In this document: positions 29,106 through 38,700 of the stretch, piece by piece
How the letters are laid out: each line of letters opens with the position of its first letter
Position numbering within the stretch: the first letter of the stretch is position 1
NCBI GenBank assembly: GCA_050949565.1
Contig: JBMNFY010000010.1
Location: forward strand, 256,001 to 320,000
Length of the DNA stretch: 64,000 nt
Direction of reading: 5' to 3'
DNA from: Kiritimatiellia bacterium
GTDB lineage: Bacteria > Verrucomicrobiota > Kiritimatiellia > RFP12 > UBA1067
Made by a program: the position numbers and the translations under genes
The notes under the pieces: generated by a model
The model's database searches: none
Told to the model about the DNA's origin: nothing
Seen by the model: the letters and a program-made list of their open reading frames with translations, nothing else

Positions 29106-30749
29106 TTACTGAACCTTGACCGTTGCAGATGCGGTTATTTTCTTGGGTTTTGCGTATCCTCCTGAATAGACCACGACAATTTTTGTGTCTCCTTTGGTCA
29201 TTTTTTCAATACGCATAGCGAATCCTCTAAACTCCACATCGCGTACACAATCATTATCCTTCTTATACTTCTTCGAGTACGCGAATTTTGTTCCGAGTGT
29301 AACAGCCCACAGTATTTTTTTATCACCTCGTGTCATTCCTAACCCGTTAATCATTTGAGAAGCGAGGTCATTGACAACACTTGATGGTAATTTTATTGGA
29401 ACATTAACTATTTTTGGTGCCAGCCATTTGCCCAATGTATATGTTTTAAAATGACCAAAATATGAATCGGCATCCCCTTGTCCGCTAAATTCTGCCCACT
29501 CTGGACAGCCAAAGGAATGAGCCTCAACATCTTGGATCGTAAGAACGGCTTCCCATTCCGCGAGTCCTAAATAATCCCATTTGTTCGCGGAGTCATTATT
29601 CACAAAAATAGACAAATTCAACCCGCCTTTTTCCTCCATTGGGTCGCGATTGAGCCAGCAACCTAGTTTTGGAGCATAGTGGCGATAGCCATAATAATAA
29701 GAGCGGGTTTCTGCATCCCAGTATTTCGTAGAGAAACGGAATGTGAAGGTATCGGCGAGGTCGCCGCTTTGTGCGGTGATCTCGCCGAAAGGCGAGTATT
29801 CGTAATGGGCGCGGATGTTGCCCGCCGCGTCTACATAGGCGGTCACGTTTCCGTTCGCGTCGTAGCAGGGGAAGTAGGGCGTGCCGTTGCGCACAACGGC
29901 CAGCAACCCGCCAACGCCGCCTGCGCCTTGCAGGGTGCCGGAGAGGTCGGTGCCCCAAACGTAGTAAGTGATGTTGGTAGAGGGCGTGACCTCGTCTATC
30001 ACGATCTCCGCCGCGATGTTGTAGCCGTCCCACACATAGCGGCGGGTCTCGATGGCGTCCCATGTGCCCGGCTGCAAGGGGTTGAACGGATAGTCTGCGC
30101 CGCGTCCGCTCAACTGCTTCTTGATCTTCGCGACGCGCAAATTCTTGTGGTTGTAGACGTACTCCAGCCTGACTGCGCCGTTGGTGGCGAACCCGGCGGG
30201 TTGGGAACTGGTCAGCCGGTTTTCCGCATCCCAAGTGTGATACCAGTCTCCGTAGTACGTCATATTGCCGTCAGCGTCATACGCCACGGCAATGGGAGGC
30301 GTGACAGCGGTGTATTGATTGAGGCAATTGGCGGTATAACTGTTTGTCAGAGTATTCACCGCCGACCAGACACGGTTGCCTATGGCATCGTACGCATAGC
30401 CGTAGTTGTTTGTGCCGATGACAGCGCCGATGACTTCCGAACGGGCGTTGTAACCGAAGCTGTCGGCGTTGCGGGAAACGCGCCGCCCGGCGGCGTCGTT
30501 GGCGTAGTCGTAGGCAGAGATCAAGACAGGATTGACATGGTTAACATGATTGGAGACGGTCGTTATGAGGTCGCGGGCGGGTTCGTATGCGACCGACCGC
30601 CCAAGTCCCGCCGTGCCGGTCATGCCTGAGATCGTGGCCATGCCGGGCAGATAGGAGAAACCGAAGGCGAGCGCGGACACCACAGAGACAGAGGCGACGC
30701 ACCTGAAATCACCACGTCCCCCTTTCATTTTGGCGGGAAGCATATGCAT
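29106..30749 (-). CDS. Orphan Rhs core + CT cassette 2 (unrecognised CT)
   Basis: Short core, GAGGVGGLLA, NDSANKWDYLG, then low-GC CT. Confidence 0.87.
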   Translation of the reverse strand: MHMLPAKMKGGRGDFRCVASVSVVSALAFGFSYLPGMATISGMTGTAGLGRSVAYEPARDLITTVSNHVNHVNPVLISAYDYANDAAGRRVSRNADSFGYNARSEVIGAVIGTNNYGYAYDAIGNRVWSAVNTLTNSYTANCLNQYTAVTPPIAVAYDADGNMTYYGDWYHTWDAENRLTSSQPAGFATNGAVRLEYVYNHKNLRVAKIKKQLSGRGADYPFNPLQPGTWDAIETRRYVWDGYNIAAEIVIDEVTPSTNITYYVWGTDLSGTLQGAGGVGGLLAVVRNGTPYFPCYDANGNVTAYVDAAGNIRAHYEYSPFGEITAQSGDLADTFTFRFSTKYWDAETRSYYYGYRHYAPKLGCWLNRDPMEEKGGLNLSIFVNNDSANKWDYLGLAEWEAVLTIQDVEAHSFGCPEWAEFSGQGDADSYFGHFKTYTLGKWLAPKIVNVPIKLPSSVVNDLASQMINGLGMTRGDKKILWAVTLGTKFAYSKKYKKDNDCVRDVEFRGFAMRIEKMTKGDTKIVVVYSGGYAKPKKITASATVKVQ

Positions 30750-30794
30750 GAACCAATACCCAACAAAACACAGATCGTAAGAATAAGAATGAAC

Positions 30795-31283
30795 CTACGG
30801 AGTCGTTTCACGTTGTTCATGGCTAACACTGCGGCTCTCCGTTCCCTTTTTTCGTGGAACCAGCCTCAAATCCTTCCAGCACATGGAACCATTCATCAGG
30901 TTATTAAACGTTTGCTCGTCCGCCATATAGGCTCCATACCTGCCACATACGTACACCAATCTGTTTTTGTCTGACCATGGCTCCTTTTGATACACGAGTA
31001 TGTTTGCTTCGCGATTCGTCGGAAGCACGTAACCCTCCTGCCAGTTGAAATCTCGATATTTAGCGTCGATTTCGCACATATCGCTAAATGAATCGGGACG
31101 CCTACCATTGTGCATCGCCATATACTTCCTGACGTCCCGTGCAATAGACTCAACCTGCGCGGCTTTTTTCTTTATCTTGAGTTCGGCACCAGACAACCTT
31201 CGTGGCGGAATGATACCGAATCGCACATAGATCGCTAGTAAAAGGACAACACCTATCCAAGCAAACAACTTTTTTCTTTTCAC
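30795..31283 (-). CDS. Putative immunity protein, TM-anchored, pseudopilin-head-like
   Basis: GAGGAGG RBS; TM helix; ESIARDVRKYMAMHNGRRPDSFSDM..ILVYQKEP. Confidence 0.72.
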   Translation of the reverse strand: MKRKKLFAWIGVVLLLAIYVRFGIIPPRRLSGAELKIKKKAAQVESIARDVRKYMAMHNGRRPDSFSDMCEIDAKYRDFNWQEGYVLPTNREANILVYQKEPWSDKNRLVYVCGRYGAYMADEQTFNNLMNGSMCWKDLRLVPRKKGTESRSVSHEQRETTP

Positions 31284-31299
31284 CCATCCACCTCCTCAA

Positions 31300-34200
31300 C
31301 TATTCGAACCATCCCGAATATGGTTGGTTCTTAAAATGTCCACTTGTTCGATAAGTCTTTTTCAATACTGAGTAAACTATCCCCTTGTGCCGTCCCTGAG
31401 CACAGGTCGCCACCCATTTGAAGGACCACGACCACGCCGAACGATAAATGCCGAAAGTAAAGCTCGGGCCATCCGGTTCATCCTCCTCTGCCACGCCGCT
31501 TGCTTCGTGGTAACCTCCTTCTGTCCCATGGTCTAAGACGTAAGGTCCAATTGTGCCGCACATCAAAAATTTTCGCACGTACCGATCAATATGAATCGCA
31601 TCGCAACATTTTCTTTCCTCAGCATCCATTGTGTATGTCACATGAACCTCAAGTTTACCGCTATTCTTAGCGTATGGGACTGTTCCCCAGACAGCTGAAT
31701 AAGTCCAATTCCCTTCTGTTCCAACCATTGTTTTCCGACCCAATTTGTCAATTTTGTTCACCGGATCATTCTCAGTAAACCCATATAGATTGTCCCCGCC
31801 TTCTTCCTCAATCGGATCACGGTTCAACCAGCGGCCAAGTTCCGGACTGTAGAATCGCTCGCCGTAGTAATACAGCCCGATCTCCTCGTCCAAGTATTTG
31901 GTCGAGAACCAGAAATGGAGGTCGCGGACAAGCGGCCCCGTGGCTACGATAGTTCTGCCGAACGGGTCGTATTCGCGGTGGGCGACCACGACACCGTTAC
32001 TGTCAACATAATCCGTTATGTTCCCGTTGGCATCGTAACACGGGAAAAATGTGCCGTCAGAGCGGATGACCGCCAGCAACCCGCCGACACCGCCCGCGCC
32101 TTGCAATGTGCCGGACACGTCCGGCCCCCAAAGGTAGCGGGTCACGTTCGTGGTGCCGGTCTGCGCGTCAACCACCACCTCGGCGGTCAGGTTCCAGCCG
32201 TCATAGATGAAGGTGCGGGTCTCGATGGCGTCCCATGTGCCCGGCTGCAAGGGGTTGAACGGATAGTCCGCGCCGCGTCCGCTCAACTGCTTCTTGATCT
32301 TCGCGACGCGCAAATTCTTGTGGTTGTAGACGTACTCCAGCCTGACTGCGCCGTTGGTGGCGAACCCGGCGGGTTGGGAACTGGTCAGCCGGTTTTCCGC
32401 GTCCCATGTGTGATACCACTCTCCGAGGTACGTCATGTTGCCGTCAGCATCATACGCCACGGCAATGGGAGGCGTGACGGCGGTGTACTGGTTGAGGCGG
32501 TTGGCAGTGTAGGTGTTGGTCAGGGCATTTACCGCCGACCAGACGCGGTTGCCGATGGCATCATAAGCGTAGTCGTAGTTGTTTGTGCCGATGACCGCAC
32601 CAGTGACTTCCGAACGCGCGTTGTAGCCGAAGGTGTCGGCATTGCGGGAAATGCGCCGCCCGGCGGCGTCGTTGGCGTAGTCGTAGGCAGAGATCAAGAC
32701 AGGATTGACATGGTTAACATGATTGGAGACGGCGGATATGAGGTTGCGGTTCTGCTCGTATGTGCGTTGCCACCAGAACCCGGCGGAATTGGTCATCGAG
32801 GCGACAAGATCAGTCCCGGGGAGGCAGGAGTAGTTAACCACGGAACACACAGAACACACGGAAGAGGAGACGCTGTGGAAACGGCCGAAGTCGTCGTAGC
32901 CGTACGATACGGCGTAATCGCCGTTGAGGGCGAATCCCGTCTGTCGGCCGAATGCGTCGTAAGACCGCGTGATTGCAACGCCGTCTTGAATCTCACCGAC
33001 AAGGTCAAGCCCTGCATACTCAAAGAGATGTGATGATACCGCCGTTATGGCCGAGACCATGCGCCCGAGACGGTCATAGGCGAAGGAGATGTCGGGCGTG
33101 TTGCCGCTGTAATGGACATTGGTCAATTGCCCTAATGCGTCGTAGGCATAACTGGTTGTGACGCCACGCGACCAGACGCGGGTTGCAAGACGCCCGCCTT
33201 CTGTGTAAGTGTAACGGACGCGCGCCCCATCGGCGTACACCTTGTTTGTGAGTAACCCGGTGGCGGCGTCGTAACGCCATCGTGTTACGTCGAGGGAGGA
33301 GTTAGGATTTAGGATTGAGGAGTTGGTGACCGACGCGAAATCGAACGTGTCGTCGCGCGTGGTGGCCATGGCGATTCTGCGGCCTCGTGTGTCGTATTCA
33401 TAGGCGACCGGATACACCGCGCCCCACTGCGCGGTGACGTTGCCCGCGCGGTCGTAGGCGGTGAAGACTGTATTGGTCAGTGCGTCGGTGATCTCTGTGC
33501 GCCGCCCGAGCCCGTCATACGCATACGACGTGCGGTTGGATGCCGCATCTTCGGTGTAGGCGACCTGACCGAGATCATTGTAGGCGGTCAAAGTCGTATT
33601 GGTGCGCCCGTCGGTGGCGGAGACCTGCCGCCCGAAGCCGTCGAATGTGTAGGTGTTCGTCACAGCCGTGGAGGATACCACGGACACGATGCGACCGGCG
33701 ACCGTTTTCTGGATCGCGGGCTGGACCGAGCCGGGCGTCTCCGTCACCGTCCAGACAGCCGCCGCCCCCGCGTCGGTGTAGGACGAAACGCGGGTGACGT
33801 TGCCGTGCCGGTCGAGCGTCTCGGTCTGCGCGGTGAGGATCGCGCCGCCGGACAGTCCGAGCGCGGCCGGCGCGGGTGTGCCGAGTCCGGTCAGGCGGAC
33901 GCGGGTCACGGACGATGTGATGCATGCGGCGGAGTTCGTTTCCGCCCATACGGCTTGCGAGGTCACGCGCCACCAGATGTTGGAGGCGTCCTGCCCGTAG
34001 GTTTCGTGCGTGGCGGTGATGCGGTCGGGACCCGCATAGGATATCTGGCCGTCGCCGTCGACGTCGATGGCGGTGCGGGCGGGGACGCCCGCGCTTCCGA
34101 CTTCGTACTCGTAGAGCGTGTCGGGCGAGCCGGTGCGGGAGACGCGGATCAGGCGGGATGATGCGCTGTCGTAGAAGTTGGAGGTGACGCCGAGCGGCGT

Positions 34201-34434
34201 GACTACGGACACGGCGCGTCCGAGGTGGTCGTAGGTCGTGACGGCGTTGGTGACTGCCGGGCCGTCCGAGGGCATCGTGACGACGGTCTCGACGCGGCGG
34301 CCCTGGGCGTCGAAGGCGTCGGAGCGGATTCCGGTTGTCCGCTTGCCGTCCCAAAGCCTTTCGGTGATGGTCGCGCCGCCGCGATAGCGGGTGGTGATAC
34401 AGAGCCAAACAGTGTTGCTAGAGCATTTATTCAT
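31300..34434 (-). CDS. Orphan Rhs core + CT cassette 1 (Cys-containing unrecognised CT)
   Basis: 1044 aa YD repeats; NDPVNKIDKLG junction; low-GC CT. Confidence 0.9.
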   Translation of the reverse strand: MNKCSSNTVWLCITTRYRGGATITERLWDGKRTTGIRSDAFDAQGRRVETVVTMPSDGPAVTNAVTTYDHLGRAVSVVTPLGVTSNFYDSASSRLIRVSRTGSPDTLYEYEVGSAGVPARTAIDVDGDGQISYAGPDRITATHETYGQDASNIWWRVTSQAVWAETNSAACITSSVTRVRLTGLGTPAPAALGLSGGAILTAQTETLDRHGNVTRVSSYTDAGAAAVWTVTETPGSVQPAIQKTVAGRIVSVVSSTAVTNTYTFDGFGRQVSATDGRTNTTLTAYNDLGQVAYTEDAASNRTSYAYDGLGRRTEITDALTNTVFTAYDRAGNVTAQWGAVYPVAYEYDTRGRRIAMATTRDDTFDFASVTNSSILNPNSSLDVTRWRYDAATGLLTNKVYADGARVRYTYTEGGRLATRVWSRGVTTSYAYDALGQLTNVHYSGNTPDISFAYDRLGRMVSAITAVSSHLFEYAGLDLVGEIQDGVAITRSYDAFGRQTGFALNGDYAVSYGYDDFGRFHSVSSSVCSVCSVVNYSCLPGTDLVASMTNSAGFWWQRTYEQNRNLISAVSNHVNHVNPVLISAYDYANDAAGRRISRNADTFGYNARSEVTGAVIGTNNYDYAYDAIGNRVWSAVNALTNTYTANRLNQYTAVTPPIAVAYDADGNMTYLGEWYHTWDAENRLTSSQPAGFATNGAVRLEYVYNHKNLRVAKIKKQLSGRGADYPFNPLQPGTWDAIETRTFIYDGWNLTAEVVVDAQTGTTNVTRYLWGPDVSGTLQGAGGVGGLLAVIRSDGTFFPCYDANGNITDYVDSNGVVVAHREYDPFGRTIVATGPLVRDLHFWFSTKYLDEEIGLYYYGERFYSPELGRWLNRDPIEEEGGDNLYGFTENDPVNKIDKLGRKTMVGTEGNWTYSAVWGTVPYAKNSGKLEVHVTYTMDAEERKCCDAIHIDRYVRKFLMCGTIGPYVLDHGTEGGYHEASGVAEEDEPDGPSFTFGIYRSAWSWSFKWVATCAQGRHKGIVYSVLKKTYRTSGHFKNQPYSGWFE

Positions 34435-34491
34435 TCGTTTTACGAGTTTACTTGTTATTCTCGAAATGCTTACCAGTTTGTTGCCAGCGGT

Positions 34492-35199
34492 TCATCGTTG
34501 AAGCACTCTTGATTCCAATTGTTCAATGGATATCGTTCTTTTCGCACGAAACATTATGCGCGTCCACTCCGTTTCAAATGTCTTCGCGTACGAAGCCAAA
34601 ACAGCGTCTTTGCACGGTGATTTTGGTGGGCAAATAACAAAACGGAGTATCGCTTTAATCATGACCTCCCTTCCTGGAAGAAGAAGTGAGACATCATTCC
34701 AGAATGGAGATTCCGCGAGTGGGTCATCCATTACTTTTTTCAACAGATCATCCGTCCATCCGGGAATGTTTTCCCAGACCGCATCGTCTAGTGTGATGGG
34801 AATTGAAAGTGCCCCGCCAGACGGAATACAGTGCAGGTCCTGTAAATTCCGATACCAAACGCCTTCACGCTTCTTTAGATGGTAAACCTCGTTATTGGCA
34901 AACTTGATCTCTAATTCAATATCATAGTAACCTATCTCAAACTCTTCATCACATATAAAAATGTCATCACGCGTCCTGTTCCTAATTACGAGCAGACAAT
35001 CAACATAATCGAGCGCATTTGACGATAAACGGCTTTGTTTTTTGATGAAAGCGTCCTTATAGGCTTCGTAAGGTTCTGCTTGGAGACTGGTCCCTCGATT
35101 ATGTTCGGAAATAAAGACCTCGATCTCATTCACGGCCCGGCATCCCGTAAGACACAGCAAAATGTAAACAACAAAGAGTTTGTCGCATAGATCACGCAT
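34492..35199 (-). CDS. Putative orphan immunity lipoprotein
   Basis: Lipobox LTGC, low GC, GAAGGGA RBS. Confidence 0.72.
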   Translation of the reverse strand: MRDLCDKLFVVYILLCLTGCRAVNEIEVFISEHNRGTSLQAEPYEAYKDAFIKKQSRLSSNALDYVDCLLVIRNRTRDDIFICDEEFEIGYYDIELEIKFANNEVYHLKKREGVWYRNLQDLHCIPSGGALSIPITLDDAVWENIPGWTDDLLKKVMDDPLAESPFWNDVSLLLPGREVMIKAILRFVICPPKSPCKDAVLASYAKTFETEWTRIMFRAKRTISIEQLESRVLQR

Positions 35200-35214
35200 G
35201 ATTAGAAGTTCCCT

Positions 35215-35352
35215 TCAACTGTTAACGTTTGACATCCGAGTATGGCTTTGAAAAAAACCTTTGGGATGCCCTTGCGAATCATACCGCTCACATGCAGATA
35301 GCAACAATAGCGCAACTACAAGGATAAAAACGACAATTTTCTTATTTCCCAT
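35215..35352 (-). CDS. 45-aa small lipoprotein or truncated immunity gene (below ORF-track cutoff)
   Basis: MGNKKIVVFILVVALLLLSAC-ERYDSQGHPKGFFQSHTRMSNVNS*; lipobox LSAC; start overlaps the end of the upstream gene. Confidence 0.6.
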   Translation of the reverse strand: MGNKKIVVFILVVALLLLSACERYDSQGHPKGFFQSHTRMSNVNS

Positions 35353-35794
35353 CGATTTTCTCCTTATTTGCATTTAATAAAAGAGTCCCTTCCCTTTTCA
35401 TATCATCTTTTGTCCCCCAGCGTTTATCCTTTCCGGCACTGTACACGCCTACAAATATGCCGTCATCTCTTTTATCTATCACATATTTCACTGCCGTTTT
35501 GTAAACATCGAATATCTCATTTGTTGTAACATCAATTTGTGGGCGTTTTTGTAACAAGAACGAGTGTAGTGACCCATCGATTGGCGGGGATGTCGACAGA
35601 TATTCGCCAATAGCGTTCTGGATAATGGCAAGTTTTGAACGGTTCAGTCTTGTACGAATCGGGTTCCGGAACCGGAGCCCTGCCGACACGACTATAACGG
35701 TTGCAAGGGATAACACAGCAAGTAATACAAGGGTGGTTTTGGTTGTTTCGGTTTCCTTGAAGCTCATCATTTCAGCCCTCTCGATTTCAGTCAA
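35342..35794 (-). CDS. Putative cognate immunity protein of the full-length Rhs; T2SS pseudopilin G-like C-terminus
   Basis: TM helix; LAIIQNAIGEY..D.Y...YVI..GVYSAGKDKRWGTKDDM resembles the GspG motif; start may be ATG 35770. Confidence 0.72.
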   Translation of the reverse strand: MTEIERAEMMSFKETETTKTTLVLLAVLSLATVIVVSAGLRFRNPIRTRLNRSKLAIIQNAIGEYLSTSPPIDGSLHSFLLQKRPQIDVTTNEIFDVYKTAVKYVIDKRDDGIFVGVYSAGKDKRWGTKDDMKREGTLLLNANKEKIDGK

Positions 35795-38700
35795 TCCAAT
35801 AGAACATAGTACTAACCACGGTGCGAAAACCGCTGAGGCAGCACTTGTCTACAGCCTCTTGAACATCTCCTTGACAATTCCATCCCCTGTGGCGTTGTTT
35901 TGCCCTTAGGCACTCTAAGATATCGCTTTCGGTTGCGCACTTGCATTTCAAACCTGCTTTCCCGTATCGCAGAGTACCCGAAGAACGGATACTTAATGGA
36001 TAAACAGTGCTTACAAACTTGTTATCTGGTCTCCATCGGTTTGGCCCTCCGCCAGCCCCCACATAAACAACCGTTCCGTTATATGTTATGTCGACGTGAT
36101 ATACTCCTAAAAGATTAAGCACTTTTGCTTCCAGCATGTCAGGGTCAATTTCGTCAGCTATAACCGCGAATCCAACCTCTGGAATTGAAACGGGTAAAGG
36201 AGGCGGCGGCTTGGGCAAACACATGTTAGCAGACCAACTCCAATAAAAGCCTTCTGGGCAGAGCCCCAAATAATCCCACTTGTTTATAGGGTCATTTTTC
36301 ACAAATCCGTATAATTTTAAGTCACCGCGTTCCCCGATCGGGTCTCTGCTCAGCCAGCAGCCTAACTTCGGCGCGTAATGTCTGTAGCCGTAATAATAGG
36401 AGCGGGTCTCTTCGTCCCAGTACTTCGTGGAGAAGCGGAACTTGAAAGTGTGGACGAGGTCGCCCCACATGGCTATGGTGTTGCCGAACGCATCGTATTC
36501 GAAGTGTCCACGCACGGTGCCGTTACCGTCAACGTAATCCGTTATGTTCCCGTTGGCATCGTAGCACGGGAAAAATGTGCCGTCAGAGCGGATGACCGCC
36601 AGCAATCCGCCGACACCGCCCGCGCCTTGCAATGTGCCGGACACGTCCGGCCCCCAGAGGTAGCGGGTCACGTTCGTGGTTCCGGCCTGCGCGTCAACAA
36701 CCACCTCAGCGGTCAGGTTCCAGCCGTCATAGATAAAGGTGCGGGTTTCCACAACATCCCACGTTCCCCCCTGCGACGGGTCGAACGGATAGCCCGCGCC
36801 GCGTCCGGTCAGGACCTCCACGCGCTTTTGGATCCGGCGGTGCCTGTGGTCGTAGCTGTTGACAACCCTGACCGCACCGTTTGTAGAGCCGACCCAACCC
36901 GGCTCGGAATGCACCAAGCGGTTCTCTGCGTCCCAAGTGTGCCACATCCTCCCGTCCCAACGCATGTTGCCGTCGGCGTCGTAAACGGGGGACACCGAAC
37001 CGGCGGCGGTGTACTGGTTAAGGGCGTTAGCCGTGTAGGTGTTGGTCAGGGTATTCACCGCCGACCAGACGCGGTTGCCGATGGCGTCGTACGCATAGCC
37101 GTAGTTGTTTGTGCCGATGACCGCACCAGTGACTTCCGAACGCGCGTTGTAGCCGAAGCTGTCGGCGTTGCGGGAAACGCGCCGTCCGGCGGCGTCGTTG
37201 GCGTACGCGAAAACCGAGACAGGCGATCCGGCCCACAAGTTGGAGACCGCCGTTATGAGGTTGCGGGCGGGCTCGTACGCGACCGACCGCCCAAGTCCCG
37301 CCGTGCCGGTCATACCAGAGACCATGGCCGTGCCGGGCAGATAGGAGAAACCGAAGGCGAGCGCGGGCACCGCAGAAGAAACAGAGGCGACGCGCCCGAA
37401 TTCGTCATACCCATAAAAGACGGTGAACGTTTCCGCGCTGTAAACGGGCAATGCCTGACTGAAAGAGGACAACCGGCCTACACCGTCGTATTGCCGTTCG
37501 GACGTGTCCAGCGCGTTGGTCTCGGCGGTGACGCGCCCGCGCGCGTCGTAAGCGAAAGAGCGTGTGCCGGTGCCGTCGACGACTTCGGCCAGCCGTCCGG
37601 CGAGGTCGTAGCGGTTGGTCACGTTAGGCGTCGGGCCGGAGTACAGGACGGTCTGTATGCGCCCGTCCGGGGTGTCGCTGTATCCATGCGTGGCGGTCAC
37701 GCCGCGCGCCCATGTGCGCCGCGATAGCCTGCCGTCCGGGGTGTAGGCGTATGACGGCCCCAGCCCGTCGGCGTAGACCTTGTTGGTCACAAGCCCCGAC
37801 GCCGAGTCATAACGCCAGCGCGTGACGTCGGGCGGGCCGCCCTCGTCGCGCCATGTGTGCAGTTCCGTCCGGTTGCCGTCGGCGTCCCGCACCGTCGTGT
37901 GCGGGTATGCCGCGCCCCCGGAGCGGTAGGGCGTGCCGTCGCCGGAGTAGTGGTTGGTCGTCACGTTGCCGAGCGGGCCGGTGACGGTGACCCGATAGGC
38001 GGTGCCGGGCGAGCCGGTGTATTGGCGCGGCGAATATGCGGTCGCGTTGGTCACGCCGCCGCAGATTTCGGCGGTGTGCGCGACCGTGCCGTCGGCGTGG
38101 TATCCGGTCACGGTCTGGAGGACGCGATCCCCCGCGCTTTGCGTGACCGCCGTCTGCCGCCCGAAGCCGTCGTAGCGGTACGCGAAGGCCGCGCCCAGCG
38201 CGTTCGTGCGGGCTGTCTCGCGTCCGGCGGTGAAGACCGAGGTCTCGGCGCTCAGGGTGGCGGTGTTGAGGCGCGTCACGGTTTTCCGCGCATGGGCGGC
38301 GTCCAGCGCCTCGGTCGTGATTACGGTCACGCCGTCCGCATCGGTCGCCACCGTGCGGGCGGTGCAGGCGGGCGACAGCCCGGTGAGCTGCACGCGGGTG
38401 ACGGATGCTGTTGCCGCGCCTTGGCCGGGGATGCGCGAGACAACGGCGGAGCAGTCCCACCATGCCGTCGGTACGCCGTGGACGGAAAGCCCGAGGTCGG
38501 ATTCCTCCATCCACGACGGCGTCTCTTCGATGGCGTACTTATCCAACGCGGCCACGCCCTCCGGCGTGAAGTCCAGCGGGTCGAAATCAAGCGTCTGCCC
38601 CGCGCCGATCCGCATGGTTCCGGCAAGTTCGCCGAATCCGCCGTAGGCATAGGCGGACGCCGAGCCGTCGGGGTTGCGCGTGAACGCCAGCCGCCCGGCC

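Noticed and set aside
28115-35794. A type II secretion / type IV pilus operon
   Set aside because: Only isolated small domains in immunity positions; no ATPase, platform protein, full secretin or prepilin cleavage motif.
16743-37400. Diversity-generating retroelement or CRISPR explanation for the repeats
   Set aside because: No reverse transcriptase or cas genes, no regular repeat-spacer period, and mismatches between copies do not look adenine-specific; these are paralogous Rhs cores.
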